Shown in pieces: positions 39,033 to 49,960 of a stretch of 64,000 nucleotides of DNA. The notes under the pieces were generated by a model. That model made no database searches, had not been told where the DNA came from, and saw only the letters and a program-made list of their open reading frames with translations. The translations under genes and the position numbers were made by a program. Within the stretch, counting starts at the first letter, position 1. Each line of letters begins with the position of its first letter. The stretch comes from a virus (lineage: Duplodnaviria; Caudoviricetes): the IMG/VR virus record IMGVR_UViG_3300032038_000015, positions 1 to 64,000 of that record, one strand, 5' to 3'.

Positions 39033-40194
39033 ATGGGTTTGATTACTAACGAAGTTGAAATAACATTGAACAATAGAACTATAAGATGGTATGAAAATAA
39101 AGGATATGAAATTCCTAAGTATTATAATAAAAAAACGTTGTAAATATATTATAAAAAGCGGAACAAAAATCAAGGTGAAAGTTGAAGACTTAACAAATGG
39201 AAGTAACGCCATTGTAAATTGTATATGTGATGAATGCAAAACTAAAACAGAAATGACATGGTATACATATAGAAAAATTAATCATAATGGCAAAACATAT
39301 TGTAAGCCTTGTGCTTTAAAAATTTTTAATAGTCGAGAAAACCATCCATTATGGAATTTTAACAAAACAGATAAAGAAAGAGAAATAGGAAGAAAGTATC
39401 CAGAATATCATATATTTACTAAAAATGTAATGGCTAGAGATAAATATATTTGTCAATGTTGTGGTGAAAGGGCAACGGATGTACATCATTTATATGGATA
39501 TGCCAATTATCCAGAATACAGATTAGACCAACAATATGCCTTAGCTCTTTGTTCAAAATGTCATAACGCATTTCATAATTGGCATTTAATGAAATATGGT
39601 GCAAAACAAAAAGGCAATAATACTAAAGAGCAATTTGATGAGTGGATTGGACAAAGTAAAATAATAGATGGACAATATGATGGAGATCTTCCAGAGTCCA
39701 GATGGGCGTATTGTATAACTGATAATAAAATAATAGAAAATATACCAGAATACGCAAAAAAGAACAATTTAAATTCTTCTAATATATACAGATGTTGTAA
39801 TAAAAAACAGCCTATGTATAAAAAGAAAATATACATATGGTATGATATATACAAACAAATGAGCAATAACCAAATTCAACAATATATAAATAATTGTATG
39901 CATAATACTAGAATAAAAAGTGTTGTATGTATCAACTATAAATTATTATTTGATTCTGCTAAAGATGCTCAATTGTATTTTGGAGTATGGAATAGTTTTA
40001 TAATAAAATGTTGTAAAGGAATTTTTGAATATGCTGGTATATTAGAAACAGGTGAAAAATTAATATGGAAATATTCTTTCGATATAAAAGATATTTCCAA
40101 ATACACATATATAAATAGAAATGAATGTAAGAAGCTTGCTGAAATTCGTGCATTGAATAATACTTTTGAAGGAACTACAGAATATACTCTGTAA
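39033..40194 (+). pseudogene. HNH homing endonuclease with NUMOD-like repeats, frameshifted at A7 run 39129-39135
   Basis: MGLITNEVE...YENKGYEIP frame joins the CQCCG..VHH...LCSKCH frame. Confidence 0.7.
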
Positions 40195-40228
40195 AAAATA
40201 ATGGGTGGTACTCTTCCACCCTAAATAT

Positions 40229-40299
40229 GGGGAATTAGTCAAAAGGTAAGACAATGGATTTTCATTCCATGAGTATCGGTTCGAGTCCGTTATGCCCTA
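40229..40299 (+). tRNA. tRNA-Glu(UUC), imperfect
   Basis: atgga-ttTTCat-tccat; ggttcgagtcc; mismatches in acceptor and T stems. Confidence 0.65.
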
Positions 40300-40507
40300 T
40301 TTCGTGCGGTAAACCTGATGTCGAAGGATTTTGCTGTGGTGTACATACGGTTCTATCCCTGGTGGCTCATCACTATCCTACCGCCCTATACAGTTATAAT
40401 CAGTTTGGCGACTGATTGGTAAATATTAAAACTTTTTAACCGACTTTCTATGGTCGGTTTTGTTATATAAAAAATCGACTAAATAAAAAGAAAGTGAGGA
40501 ATAAAAA

Positions 40508-40732
40508 ATGATTTTATGTTCAGAATATGGCGGTCAGCCAAATACAATTATCTGTAGTTTCGTATGTGACTCTGTTGATGAGGTAAAAGATTTGCCGACA
40601 ACTAAAAAGCTAGGAAGCGGTTCGTTTTCAGATTTCAACCATTATGCAAATATTGGTTCGACAGTAATTATTGGTAATAATGGTGCAACAAAGGTAATGA
40701 TGTTATTCAGTTCTGGCTGGCAAGATCTATAA
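40508..40732 (+). CDS. Small phage protein preceding fibre gene
   Basis: FVCDS.DEVKDLPT...GS motif. Confidence 0.7.
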   Translation: MILCSEYGGQPNTIICSFVCDSVDEVKDLPTTKKLGSGSFSDFNHYANIGSTVIIGNNGATKVMMLFSSGWQDL

Positions 40733-40751
40733 GAAAGGAGTGGCTATATAA

Positions 40752-42896
40752 ATGGATGGAATTACAGCTTATGCTCTCTCAAAGAAAGTAGCTACTTCTG
40801 CTGTAAGTGGCGTTAAAAGTATGTCTGTTGATGGACAGACACTTACGATCAATACAAAGGATAGCGGAGTCCTCAAAATGGTATTCCCCACTCCTAGCAA
40901 TGGTCGTTCAGTAACAGATATTGACGTAAATGACAAGAATCAGATTGTATTTACTATGTCTGATGGAACGGAAATTACAAGTGGTGTTATTCCTACTGTT
41001 AAAGGTGCAGACGGAAAACCAGGAAAAGACGGTGATCCATTTACTTATGATGATTTTACAAAGGAACAGTTGGAGGAGTTAAAAGGTAAAGATGGTGTCT
41101 CACCAACTGTAACAATTACAGAATCTACTGGAAGACATACAATTTCATTTTCTGATAAAGACGGAGTTAAGTCAATTACTATTAAAGATGGCTCACCAGA
41201 AGATATGGCAAATTATTATACAAAAGATGAAACTGACGAGAAGCTAAATTTAAAAGCAAATACTTCTGATATTCCTATAATTCCAACTAATTTATCGGAA
41301 TTAAATAACGATGAAAACTATATTAAAAACACAGCAGAAAATCTTACGAATTATTATAAAAAAACAGAAACATACTCTCAAACAGAAGTTAATACATTAT
41401 TGGCAAATATAAATAAATTAACTTCTAAGATAGTTACAGAACTTCCATCAGAAAATATAAGCGAAAATACAATTTATCTTATTGAAGTCGAGAATCAAAA
41501 AAATGTGTATATGCAGTATATGTATATTAACGGTTCTTTTGCTGCACTTGGTACGACAGCCATTGATTTATCGAATGTTTATACAAAAGGCGAGGTGGAT
41601 AAAAAACTTGAAGAAAAGGCAGATAAGACCGAAATTCCAACGATACCCACTCTTATATCGTCTTTTACAAATGATAAGGGTTATATGACCGAATTTACAG
41701 AAACAGATCCGACTGTTCCTGCATGGGCAAAAACAGAAAATAAACCAAGTTATACTGCTGCGGAAGTTGGTGCATTACCAGAAGATACTGAAATTCCTAT
41801 ATTTATAAATAAAACCGTCTTGGACGGAATTACAAGCGAAAAGATAAAAGAATGGGATGCTAAAAGTGATTTTGATGGTGATTACAATAGTCTTATAAAT
41901 AAACCAGACACTTCTAATTCGGAGGAAACTAAAACTCATATTCTTACAGATATTTATGGTGAAACTGGTGTGCACGGTATGCGTTACTTCAATGGTACAC
42001 TTCAAGTTCAAAATGAGGATAATGACTGGATTGATATTGAAACAGGTGACGGCGGTGACGGCGGTGACGGTGGTGACGGTGGTGACGGTGGTGACGGTGG
42101 TGACGGCGGAAACGATGATTTAAAAATAGTTACCTTTGCAAACGGTACAGATGAAGAAATAAAAGCTATGATAGACGCTCATTATGCAAATAAAATAAAT
42201 ATCAGAGATTATTGGGCGGTGGGTGACAAACGTACAGTACATTTATCTGCAATGTCAGCTACAGGAGTAGGCGAAAGTCATAGAGAGCAAGATGTTCAAT
42301 TTGCTATTGCAGATTTCGACCACGATGATTTAACCACTGCTATCAACGGACACACAGAAGCGGCTGTAACATTAACACAAGTTGATTGTTTAATGAATGA
42401 GGTAAATGCTAATTCTCCTACAAGTGGAAGTTCTAATACAGAAAATGGATATATAAACAGTACAAATACTAATAGTGGTGGATGGACTTCTTCCGCCAGA
42501 AGAACATGGTGTAATGATGTTTATTATAATGCATTGCCTGATTCTTTTAAGTCAATGGTAAAACCAGTAAAGAAACTTACTTCTGCTGGTGCAAAATCTA
42601 CGACCATAAACACAACAGTTGATAAAGTATTTTTACTTTCTGAGGTTGAAATATATGGTAAAACCAAATATTCTGTAGCTGGTGAAGGAAGTCAGTATAC
42701 TTATTATAAAACTACTTCTAATAGATATAAGAATCCAAAATGGTCAAGTTCTTCTTCTTCTAATAGTAATATCTATTGGCAACGCTCTCCTGGTAGTAGC
42801 GACTCGGCTTACTTCTGTTATGTCAGCTACAATGGCAGTAAGGACAACGACAATGCGAGCAACGCTATTGGACTCGCTTCCTGCTTATGTATATAA
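40752..42896 (+). CDS. Fibre/receptor-binding-like protein: collagen-like repeats, ETDPTVP repeat, C-terminal DUF6273-type domain
   Basis: KGADGKPGKDG; GGWTSSARRTWC...DKVFLLSEVE...YWQRSP. Confidence 0.75.
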   Translation: MDGITAYALSKKVATSAVSGVKSMSVDGQTLTINTKDSGVLKMVFPTPSNGRSVTDIDVNDKNQIVFTMSDGTEITSGVIPTVKGADGKPGKDGDPFTYDDFTKEQLEELKGKDGVSPTVTITESTGRHTISFSDKDGVKSITIKDGSPEDMANYYTKDETDEKLNLKANTSDIPIIPTNLSELNNDENYIKNTAENLTNYYKKTETYSQTEVNTLLANINKLTSKIVTELPSENISENTIYLIEVENQKNVYMQYMYINGSFAALGTTAIDLSNVYTKGEVDKKLEEKADKTEIPTIPTLISSFTNDKGYMTEFTETDPTVPAWAKTENKPSYTAAEVGALPEDTEIPIFINKTVLDGITSEKIKEWDAKSDFDGDYNSLINKPDTSNSEETKTHILTDIYGETGVHGMRYFNGTLQVQNEDNDWIDIETGDGGDGGDGGDGGDGGDGGDGGNDDLKIVTFANGTDEEIKAMIDAHYANKINIRDYWAVGDKRTVHLSAMSATGVGESHREQDVQFAIADFDHDDLTTAINGHTEAAVTLTQVDCLMNEVNANSPTSGSSNTENGYINSTNTNSGGWTSSARRTWCNDVYYNALPDSFKSMVKPVKKLTSAGAKSTTINTTVDKVFLLSEVEIYGKTKYSVAGEGSQYTYYKTTSNRYKNPKWSSSSSSNSNIYWQRSPGSSDSAYFCYVSYNGSKDNDNASNAIGLASCLCI
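42045..42107 (+). repeat. 7x 9-bp tandem repeat GGTGACGGY (GDG linker)
   Basis: Direct read. Confidence 0.9.
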
Positions 42897-42915
42897 GGAA
42901 GGAGGTTAAAGTAAT

Positions 42916-43146
42916 ATGACAAAAAATGAAAAAATGGAAATCTACAAAGCTATAAATGATGTATCTAAAAAAGTAAACGATGTTTCATTGAAATTAGATG
43001 AACTTATCTTAAAACTGAACGATGAAACAAATAAAAGAATAAATATAAATGCAAATGCCGTTGATGATATTGCTGAAATGTTATCTACCCATGATAGCGC
43101 AATAGACGAATTAGCAACTATTGTTGTGGAAGGGAATGGTGAATAA
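42916..43146 (+). CDS. Coiled-coil protein of fibre module
   Basis: HDSAIDELA motif. Confidence 0.7.
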   Translation: MTKNEKMEIYKAINDVSKKVNDVSLKLDELILKLNDETNKRININANAVDDIAEMLSTHDSAIDELATIVVEGNGE

Positions 43147-43310
43147 TGGTTATATTCTATGTTGAAAGAGTTAAAAATGGAATGAATCTATGGATTAATG
43201 TGCCTAAGTTGTGGAATAAAAAGGTACAAACTGAATTAGTTGCACAGGGATATACTTTAAATGACGATGGTACTGTGAGTAAAGATGATGAATTCTTATT
43301 AGGTAAATAG
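43146..43310 (+). CDS. CD1375-like small protein
   Basis: FYVERVKNG...VPKLWNKKVQTEL. Confidence 0.65.
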   Translation: MVIFYVERVKNGMNLWINVPKLWNKKVQTELVAQGYTLNDDGTVSKDDEFLLGK

Positions 43311-43525
43311 TTGTCAAGAGTCTCGTGATGTAGGTTGCGAGGCTCTTTTAAAAAGAGAATAAATATATAGCCAACTATGAGAGGATTGTTACTGTTTCGA
43401 TTGCAGGTAGTTGGAATCAAGAGAAGAATAACGAGGACTGATCATCTTCGTGAATGACTGTACTCCATATCCAGTCACTCTTCTCTTCTATTATTGTTGA
43501 TATGGAGAGATTGGAGAAATGATGA

Positions 43526-45256
43526 ATGGAACAAAATTATTCAAGAAAAAGATTGACAGATGAAGAATACAAACAAAGAATTTTTAAATTGTATGGTAAT
43601 GATATAACTGTATTAGAACCATATGTAAATCAAAGAACAAAAATTTTACATAGGTGCAATATTCATAACTATGAATGGAAAGCACGTACTCGCCAAATGG
43701 CAGAAGGACACAATGGATGTAAATATTGTTCGTCAGAAAAAAGAAGCCAAGGATTAACACAAAATCTTGATAAAGTAAAAGAAAAATTAAGAAAAACATG
43801 TGGTGATGAATTTACATTAAATGATGATAATGAATATTTAGGGCATAATGAAAAAATGTATTTTACCCACCATTTACCAGATGGTAGTTCCCATACATTA
43901 TATTCTAAACCAGATAGAATTTATAAATGTAAATGTCCTGTATGTTCTGGAATGCAAGTATGTGTTGGGTTAAATGATATTTGGACTACTAATCCAGATT
44001 TGGGAAATTTATTAGCAAATCCTGAAGATGGTTTTAAATATATGCAAAATAGTAATAAACATACAGATTTTAAATGTCCAACATGCGGATATATTTGTAA
44101 AGACAAATCTATTAATCAAGTAAATAGAGATATGGATGTAAGATGTCCTGTTTGTAAGGATGGTATATCATATCCAAATAAGTTGATATTCAATTCACTT
44201 TTACAAATAAAAGATAAGTTAGATTTTTTGGAAAGAGAATATCGACCAAAATGGTGTAAATTTGAATTAAAAGGTAAAACTCGTACAGGTATATATGATA
44301 TATATTTTGGAATAAATAACAAACAATACATAGTTGAGATGGACGGAGGTTTTCACGAAAAACTTCATAGCAAAGTAAAACAATATACTTTAGATGATAT
44401 AAAATATATTGATAGTATGAAAGATAAATTAGCAATCAATCATGGAATTGAAATGATAAGAATTGATTGCTCGTATGATTACCATGATAGATACATATAC
44501 ATTCTTAATAACATTCTAAATTCTAATCTTACCAAAATTCTTCCGTTAGAATCCATTAATTTTGATGAAGCAAATATAAAGTCGCAAAAATCATTATTGG
44601 TTGAAGCATGTGATTTATGGAATAAAGGATACACAGCACATGAAATTATGTCAGAATTAAACATCGGTAAATGGTTAGTACCTTCTTATTTGAAGCAAGG
44701 TCAAAAATATGGCTTATGTGCCAATTATTCTGCACAAAATAGTAGTATAAGATCTTCTGGTACAAAAGTTACATGTGTCAATACTGGCATTTCATATTCT
44801 ACTCTTACAGAACCAGGTAAACTGTATAATATTTGTGATAAAGGGATTTTAGATTGTTGTCGTGGAAATGATTTTTCTGCTGGAAAAGACTTAAATACTG
44901 GTGAGAAATTATTTTGGATGTATACCGATGATTATAATAAATTAAGTAAAAAGGAAATTATACACTATCTCATAGATAAGAAAGTAAAAAGTTATACAGA
45001 AAATATTTCTGGCAAAGCGGTGTATTGTACAACAACAGATGAAATATTTGATAGTATCATGGATGCTGAAAGAGCTTATGATGGTAATCAATGTGGAATT
45101 AGAAAATGTTGTAGAGGAGAAATGAATACAAGTGGTTCTCTACAAGATGGGACAAGATTAAAATGGATGTTCCTAAGTGATTATGTTGAAAAGAACAATA
45201 TGACTATGGAAGAGTTTGTAACGAAACGTTACTACTCTTCTTTTTTATTGGAATAA
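43526..45256 (+). CDS. Homing endonuclease-like protein (zinc ribbons, Vsr-like EMDG..H nuclease, NUMOD-like repeats)
   Basis: Multiple CxxC; YDIYF...IVEMDGGFH. Confidence 0.75.
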   Translation: MEQNYSRKRLTDEEYKQRIFKLYGNDITVLEPYVNQRTKILHRCNIHNYEWKARTRQMAEGHNGCKYCSSEKRSQGLTQNLDKVKEKLRKTCGDEFTLNDDNEYLGHNEKMYFTHHLPDGSSHTLYSKPDRIYKCKCPVCSGMQVCVGLNDIWTTNPDLGNLLANPEDGFKYMQNSNKHTDFKCPTCGYICKDKSINQVNRDMDVRCPVCKDGISYPNKLIFNSLLQIKDKLDFLEREYRPKWCKFELKGKTRTGIYDIYFGINNKQYIVEMDGGFHEKLHSKVKQYTLDDIKYIDSMKDKLAINHGIEMIRIDCSYDYHDRYIYILNNILNSNLTKILPLESINFDEANIKSQKSLLVEACDLWNKGYTAHEIMSELNIGKWLVPSYLKQGQKYGLCANYSAQNSSIRSSGTKVTCVNTGISYSTLTEPGKLYNICDKGILDCCRGNDFSAGKDLNTGEKLFWMYTDDYNKLSKKEIIHYLIDKKVKSYTENISGKAVYCTTTDEIFDSIMDAERAYDGNQCGIRKCCRGEMNTSGSLQDGTRLKWMFLSDYVEKNNMTMEEFVTKRYYSSFLLE

Positions 45257-45274
45257 AAGGAAGGAAGTGACAGA

Positions 45275-46324
45275 ATGGCTAAATTAATACAGCCTTTATC
45301 AGAGCAAGAATTAAAGCAGGCTACATTAGTCAGTCTGCGCAAAGATTATGGTAAGCTATCCAATTTCTATCAAAGAATCATAAATGGGGAACTTACTCTT
45401 TGTCCTAAATGCGGTCAATGGAAATCCACAAAGATAAATTTTTATCAGTCAAATACGAGTCCTGATGGCGTAGAACATTATGGGTGTCGTGAGTGTATCC
45501 TTAATGATTGTACAGATTATGATAAATCTTCTGATACAAGAATTGATAATAAAGATAAAACTATTGAGACATTTAAACGTCTTGATTGGTATTTTGATGA
45601 AAAGGTATATAACGACCAATTAAAAATCTTAGCTGATGGTGTTGGTGAAAAAGTTCGTGGCACTGCTGCTCAACAGTGGATCGTGATGAGAGCTAGTCTC
45701 AATGACTATCGTTCAAAGAAGTTTGCTGATTCCGTATTTTTAGATGAAGATGAACAAACATTGCAACTTACTTCAAAAAGAAAACCACGTAAAGAAATTA
45801 TTAAATTGTTTGGATCTGGTTTTACATCAGAGGATTACTTATATTTACAAGATCAGTATGACGATTGGTGTGCGAGAACAGAGGTTGATAGCAAGAGTCA
45901 GCAGACTTATATAGTTAGAATCTGTTTTAAACTATTAGACATATATAAAGCCCAAAAAGCAGGTAAAGATACAGAAAAACTTGATAAATCATTGAATGAT
46001 TTATTAGCAGCGGCAAACCTTCAGCCCCGTCAAAATGTAGGAAATGCTTCTACTGATACACTGACATTTTCACAATTGATAAGCAAATGGGAATTGGAGA
46101 AGCCTGTGCCTACACCTGATCCAGAATTATGTGATGTATCAGGAATTGGTAAAAAAATAAGAGTGTGGTTTGGTGGTTGGTTGGCAAATGCTTTGGGATT
46201 AGATGTTCCACAGTCACAAGAGTACATTGAAGAAGTCGAAAAATATACGGTAACAAAACCTAGTGTAGAAGAAAAAGAAGGTAGTTCTGCAATATATCAA
46301 AAAATGTATGGTTCTGAGGAGTAA
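45275..46324 (+). CDS. Zinc-finger protein preceding terminase (possible small terminase)
   Basis: CPKCG/CREC; FGSGFT.EDY..L. Confidence 0.6.
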   Translation: MAKLIQPLSEQELKQATLVSLRKDYGKLSNFYQRIINGELTLCPKCGQWKSTKINFYQSNTSPDGVEHYGCRECILNDCTDYDKSSDTRIDNKDKTIETFKRLDWYFDEKVYNDQLKILADGVGEKVRGTAAQQWIVMRASLNDYRSKKFADSVFLDEDEQTLQLTSKRKPRKEIIKLFGSGFTSEDYLYLQDQYDDWCARTEVDSKSQQTYIVRICFKLLDIYKAQKAGKDTEKLDKSLNDLLAAANLQPRQNVGNASTDTLTFSQLISKWELEKPVPTPDPELCDVSGIGKKIRVWFGGWLANALGLDVPQSQEYIEEVEKYTVTKPSVEEKEGSSAIYQKMYGSEE

Positions 46325-46329
46325 TTGTT

Positions 46330-48090
46330 ATGGCTACAAGTAATAAAACAAACGCTCAGATTGAACAAGATAGAACTGCACAAATTATGAACATAGTTGC
46401 AGAACGTGCAGGATTTTACCGTGAAAATTTAGACATTTTTTGTAGGGATTACCTCCAAATAACCAACTTAAAATGGTTTCAAAAAATACTTTTATGGGCT
46501 ATGGATAAACATGATAATACACTTCTACTGGCTTGTAGAGGATTGGGAAAAACTTATATTTGCGCTTTGTTCGCAGTTTGTAGGGCGATCCTGTACCCAG
46601 GGGAACAGATTCTTTCAGTATCGGCAACCTTTAAGCAATCCAAAAATTTAATTCAGAAAATAACTGATGATTTTATGTTGAAATCGCCTTTGCTTAGAAG
46701 CGAAATTTTAAAATACAGTACAGGACAAAATGATTGTTATATTCAATTTAAGTCTGGTTCTATTATTAAAGCAATTACTGCTACAGAATCCAGTCGTGGA
46801 TTTCGCTCACATATTATACTTGTGGATGAAAGTCGGCTTATTCCACCAAATGTAGTATCTTCTATTCTTAGACCTATGAATGCCACTCCAAGACAACCAG
46901 GATATATGAAAGACCCACAGTATGCTTCTCTCGCAGAAATGCCAAAGGAGGTGTACCTTACCAGTAGTTGGTACGCCATGTCAGATTTATACTCACAAGC
47001 TAAGTCTTATGCGGCTAACATGCTAGATCCAAATTTAAGCTACTTCATAGTAGACTTGCCGTATCAAGTGAGTATACGAGAAGGACTTTTAATGCGTCAG
47101 CAGATAATGAACGAAATGACAGAAGCAACATTTTCAGACATTATCTTTATGATGGAAAGAGAGGGAAAATTCTATGGAAGTGCCGCTGATGCACTTTTCG
47201 ATTACAAAGTTTTGAATGAAAGACGAATACTTCAAGACTGTCTGTTTCCACTTGAATATTATCGAGTCAATTCACTTAAAATTCCAGAAAAGAAAAAGGA
47301 CGAAATCAGAATATTATCAATAGATATTGCATTGATGGGTTCAAAGAAAAGAGATAACGATGCAACTTGTATAACAATACATTCTGCTACTCCTACTTCT
47401 TCTAATGATTACATGGATAATATAGTATATGTTGAATCTCAAGAAGGTCTACTTGCAGAAGATTTGGGATTATTGATTTTAAGAGAATTTTATCAATATG
47501 ACTGTGATTATATTGCGATTGATGGTTCTGGTGTCGGACAACCTATAGTAGATTATTTGATATATTCGGATAGATATGATCCAGTTTATAATGTCACATA
47601 TCCTTGTCTTAACTGTGCTAATAATACTGAAATATCAGATAGATGTAAAGTAAAAACTGCCCCAAAGGTTATTTATGTTATTAAAGCAAATGCAAAATCA
47701 AATAATGATATGTATTTGGCACTTAGAGCAGGATTTCAAAATGGATATATTAATATGCTTGCTAGTGATATTAACATCGAAGAACATTTAAGTAAAATAC
47801 GTGGATATAGTAAATTATCTGCAAATCAAAAAGCGTTAATGTTATTACCATATTTACAAACAACATTGATGATAAATGAGTTAATAAATTTACAGTGTGA
47901 TTCATCTGGTGTTCTTATAAAAGTAAAGGAAAGAACTGGAATGAGAAAGGATAGAGTCTCAAGTTGCATGTATGGATACAACATCTGTCAGATTTTATCT
48001 GCTAAAAACAAACCAAAAAATAATAATACTTTAGATCTCATCAACAAACTTCCAATCCGTCAAGGTAAGCGATTTTCAATGTTTAATTAA
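46330..48090 (+). CDS. Terminase large subunit
   Basis: CRGLGKT Walker A, LVDE Walker B, SIDIA and RKDR nuclease motifs. Confidence 0.92.
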   Translation: MATSNKTNAQIEQDRTAQIMNIVAERAGFYRENLDIFCRDYLQITNLKWFQKILLWAMDKHDNTLLLACRGLGKTYICALFAVCRAILYPGEQILSVSATFKQSKNLIQKITDDFMLKSPLLRSEILKYSTGQNDCYIQFKSGSIIKAITATESSRGFRSHIILVDESRLIPPNVVSSILRPMNATPRQPGYMKDPQYASLAEMPKEVYLTSSWYAMSDLYSQAKSYAANMLDPNLSYFIVDLPYQVSIREGLLMRQQIMNEMTEATFSDIIFMMEREGKFYGSAADALFDYKVLNERRILQDCLFPLEYYRVNSLKIPEKKKDEIRILSIDIALMGSKKRDNDATCITIHSATPTSSNDYMDNIVYVESQEGLLAEDLGLLILREFYQYDCDYIAIDGSGVGQPIVDYLIYSDRYDPVYNVTYPCLNCANNTEISDRCKVKTAPKVIYVIKANAKSNNDMYLALRAGFQNGYINMLASDINIEEHLSKIRGYSKLSANQKALMLLPYLQTTLMINELINLQCDSSGVLIKVKERTGMRKDRVSSCMYGYNICQILSAKNKPKNNNTLDLINKLPIRQGKRFSMFN

Positions 48091-48110
48091 AGGAGGTGCA
48101 TTAACGAAAA

Positions 48111-49715
48111 ATGCCAAGAACAAAGAAAGCGGATGCTAATGCACCTGCTACTACAAATACAACTAAGAAGACGAACTCAACGTCCTCTTCTATTTATTCA
48201 AAACAACCTACGGCTGCTGAGATGAAAGAATTTTATGAAAAAAATAAACGTAGGATTGAAAATTTTGATTCAGCGAATGAAGCTTTTACTAACTTTAGAG
48301 ATACTTCAAAATCAACAACCTACACTACTATTAGTAACTTTAATAAAGAAGACCTTAGAAGTTATTTACAAAATATTACTTCTAACGAGGTCAATTTACG
48401 AAACCTGTCAAGATATCTCTATTATCGTTCTCAGGTATATTTCAGACTTATTGCATATAATGCCAACATGTTCTGTTTGGATGCAAGAACTGTAATTCCT
48501 GAATATGATTTGGTTGAAGATAATGATAAAGATGCAGTGAAAAAATCATATAATGACACACTAAAAGTTCTTGACAAGATGAACTTACAGTATGAATTTC
48601 TTAAAGCATATATGACATGTTTTAGAGAAGATGTATTTTATGGTTGCTATTATTTTAATCCAGAATCAGACGGGAAAACACCATTCTTTATTCTTCCACT
48701 TCCAGCAGATTATTGTAGAATTTCTGGTGTGTATACAGATACAGGTGACTTCGCATTCACAATGAATATGGATTATTTTAAAAGAAACAAAGACTTACTG
48801 GATCTTTGGGGTGAACCGTTTGTTTCTATGTATAATAAGTCACAGCAAAGCGGAGAAAGTAAATGGCAACCAATCGGAGAACAAGGTGTCTGTTTGAAAT
48901 TCCATGCTGAAGACTGGGAGACTATCGTTCCCGTGTTTAGCGGATTATTAAATTCATTAATAAACTTATTGGATCTTGAAGATATTCAAAGCATTGCAGA
49001 CCAACAGGAAATATACAAAATGATTTGGATGGAACTTGAAACATTATCTGGCGCAGATGACGTAAATGAATGGAAAGTTGATCCAGACTTAGTATTACCT
49101 TATTGGCAAAGAATGGTAAATGAAGCTTTGCCTGATTATACTTCTGCTGCTATTATTCCTGGAAAAATCAATCAGATTAGTTTTGATAGTGATAAGGCAA
49201 CAGATACAAATAAAGTAGAAAATGCTACAAAAACAGTTCTAAATACTTCTGGCGGTGCTCAAATTTTAAATTCTAGTTCTATCTCAGGATCTACGGCATT
49301 TAACGCTGCGATTAGAGCCGATACAGAGTTCGCTATTTCTATGCTTTTACCTCAAACGCAAGCTATTGTCAATAGAATTATATCTTATTATGTTGATAAT
49401 CCAAGTTTTGTTAAATTTATCGAAATATCTGTTTATACAAAAGATGCTTATAAGGATAGTATTCTTAAAGATAATACATACGGTCTTGCACCAAAATTAT
49501 TGGTAAATAGTTTAAATGGTTTCTCAGAAAGAGAAACGCTATCTCTTCATTTCTTGGAAAATGAATGTTTAAATCTCAATTTTGTTCCAGTTCAAAGTTC
49601 ACATACAACATCAAATACTGGTGATAATGAGGGAGTTAAACCTACTCTTACTGACACTGAAATTTCAGATGAGGGCGAAGCTAGTCGTGATAAAAAAGAC
49701 AAAGCTAAAGGCTAA
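48111..49715 (+). CDS. Portal protein
   Basis: 534 aa directly after terminase; LRNLSRYLY motif. Confidence 0.8.
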   Translation: MPRTKKADANAPATTNTTKKTNSTSSSIYSKQPTAAEMKEFYEKNKRRIENFDSANEAFTNFRDTSKSTTYTTISNFNKEDLRSYLQNITSNEVNLRNLSRYLYYRSQVYFRLIAYNANMFCLDARTVIPEYDLVEDNDKDAVKKSYNDTLKVLDKMNLQYEFLKAYMTCFREDVFYGCYYFNPESDGKTPFFILPLPADYCRISGVYTDTGDFAFTMNMDYFKRNKDLLDLWGEPFVSMYNKSQQSGESKWQPIGEQGVCLKFHAEDWETIVPVFSGLLNSLINLLDLEDIQSIADQQEIYKMIWMELETLSGADDVNEWKVDPDLVLPYWQRMVNEALPDYTSAAIIPGKINQISFDSDKATDTNKVENATKTVLNTSGGAQILNSSSISGSTAFNAAIRADTEFAISMLLPQTQAIVNRIISYYVDNPSFVKFIEISVYTKDAYKDSILKDNTYGLAPKLLVNSLNGFSERETLSLHFLENECLNLNFVPVQSSHTTSNTGDNEGVKPTLTDTEISDEGEASRDKKDKAKG

Positions 49716-49731
49716 ATAGGGGGATCTTAAT

Positions 49732-49905
49732 ATGAAATACAATTTTATTAAAACCTCCGACAAGGAGACAAAGGAAAAACTTCTTAAAGAAGGTTTTAAA
49801 TTGGTATCTCAAGATGGGAACGTGGCTACATTTGTAAATAATCACTCTCTCACTTTTGAAAATACAAACAATAAAATTCAGTATAGCAACATGCTTACAT
49901 TCTAA
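49732..49905 (+). CDS. Small hypothetical protein (57 aa)
   Basis: MKYNFIKTSDKETKEKLLKEGF. Confidence 0.6.
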   Translation: MKYNFIKTSDKETKEKLLKEGFKLVSQDGNVATFVNNHSLTFENTNNKIQYSNMLTF

Positions 49906-49960
49906 CCACTCTCCTATCTTGAGTGGTATATCAACAAAGAAAGGAGGAATAGGTTAAATA

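Noticed and set aside
42045-42107. Tandem repeat as CRISPR or contingency locus
   Set aside because: In-frame 9-bp repeat with no spacers; encodes a flexible linker. No CRISPR array seen anywhere in the window
46330-48090. Group I intron or intein in terminase; IStron in the IS607 copies
   Set aside because: Terminase is continuous and normal length; the IS left ends are too short for a group I core
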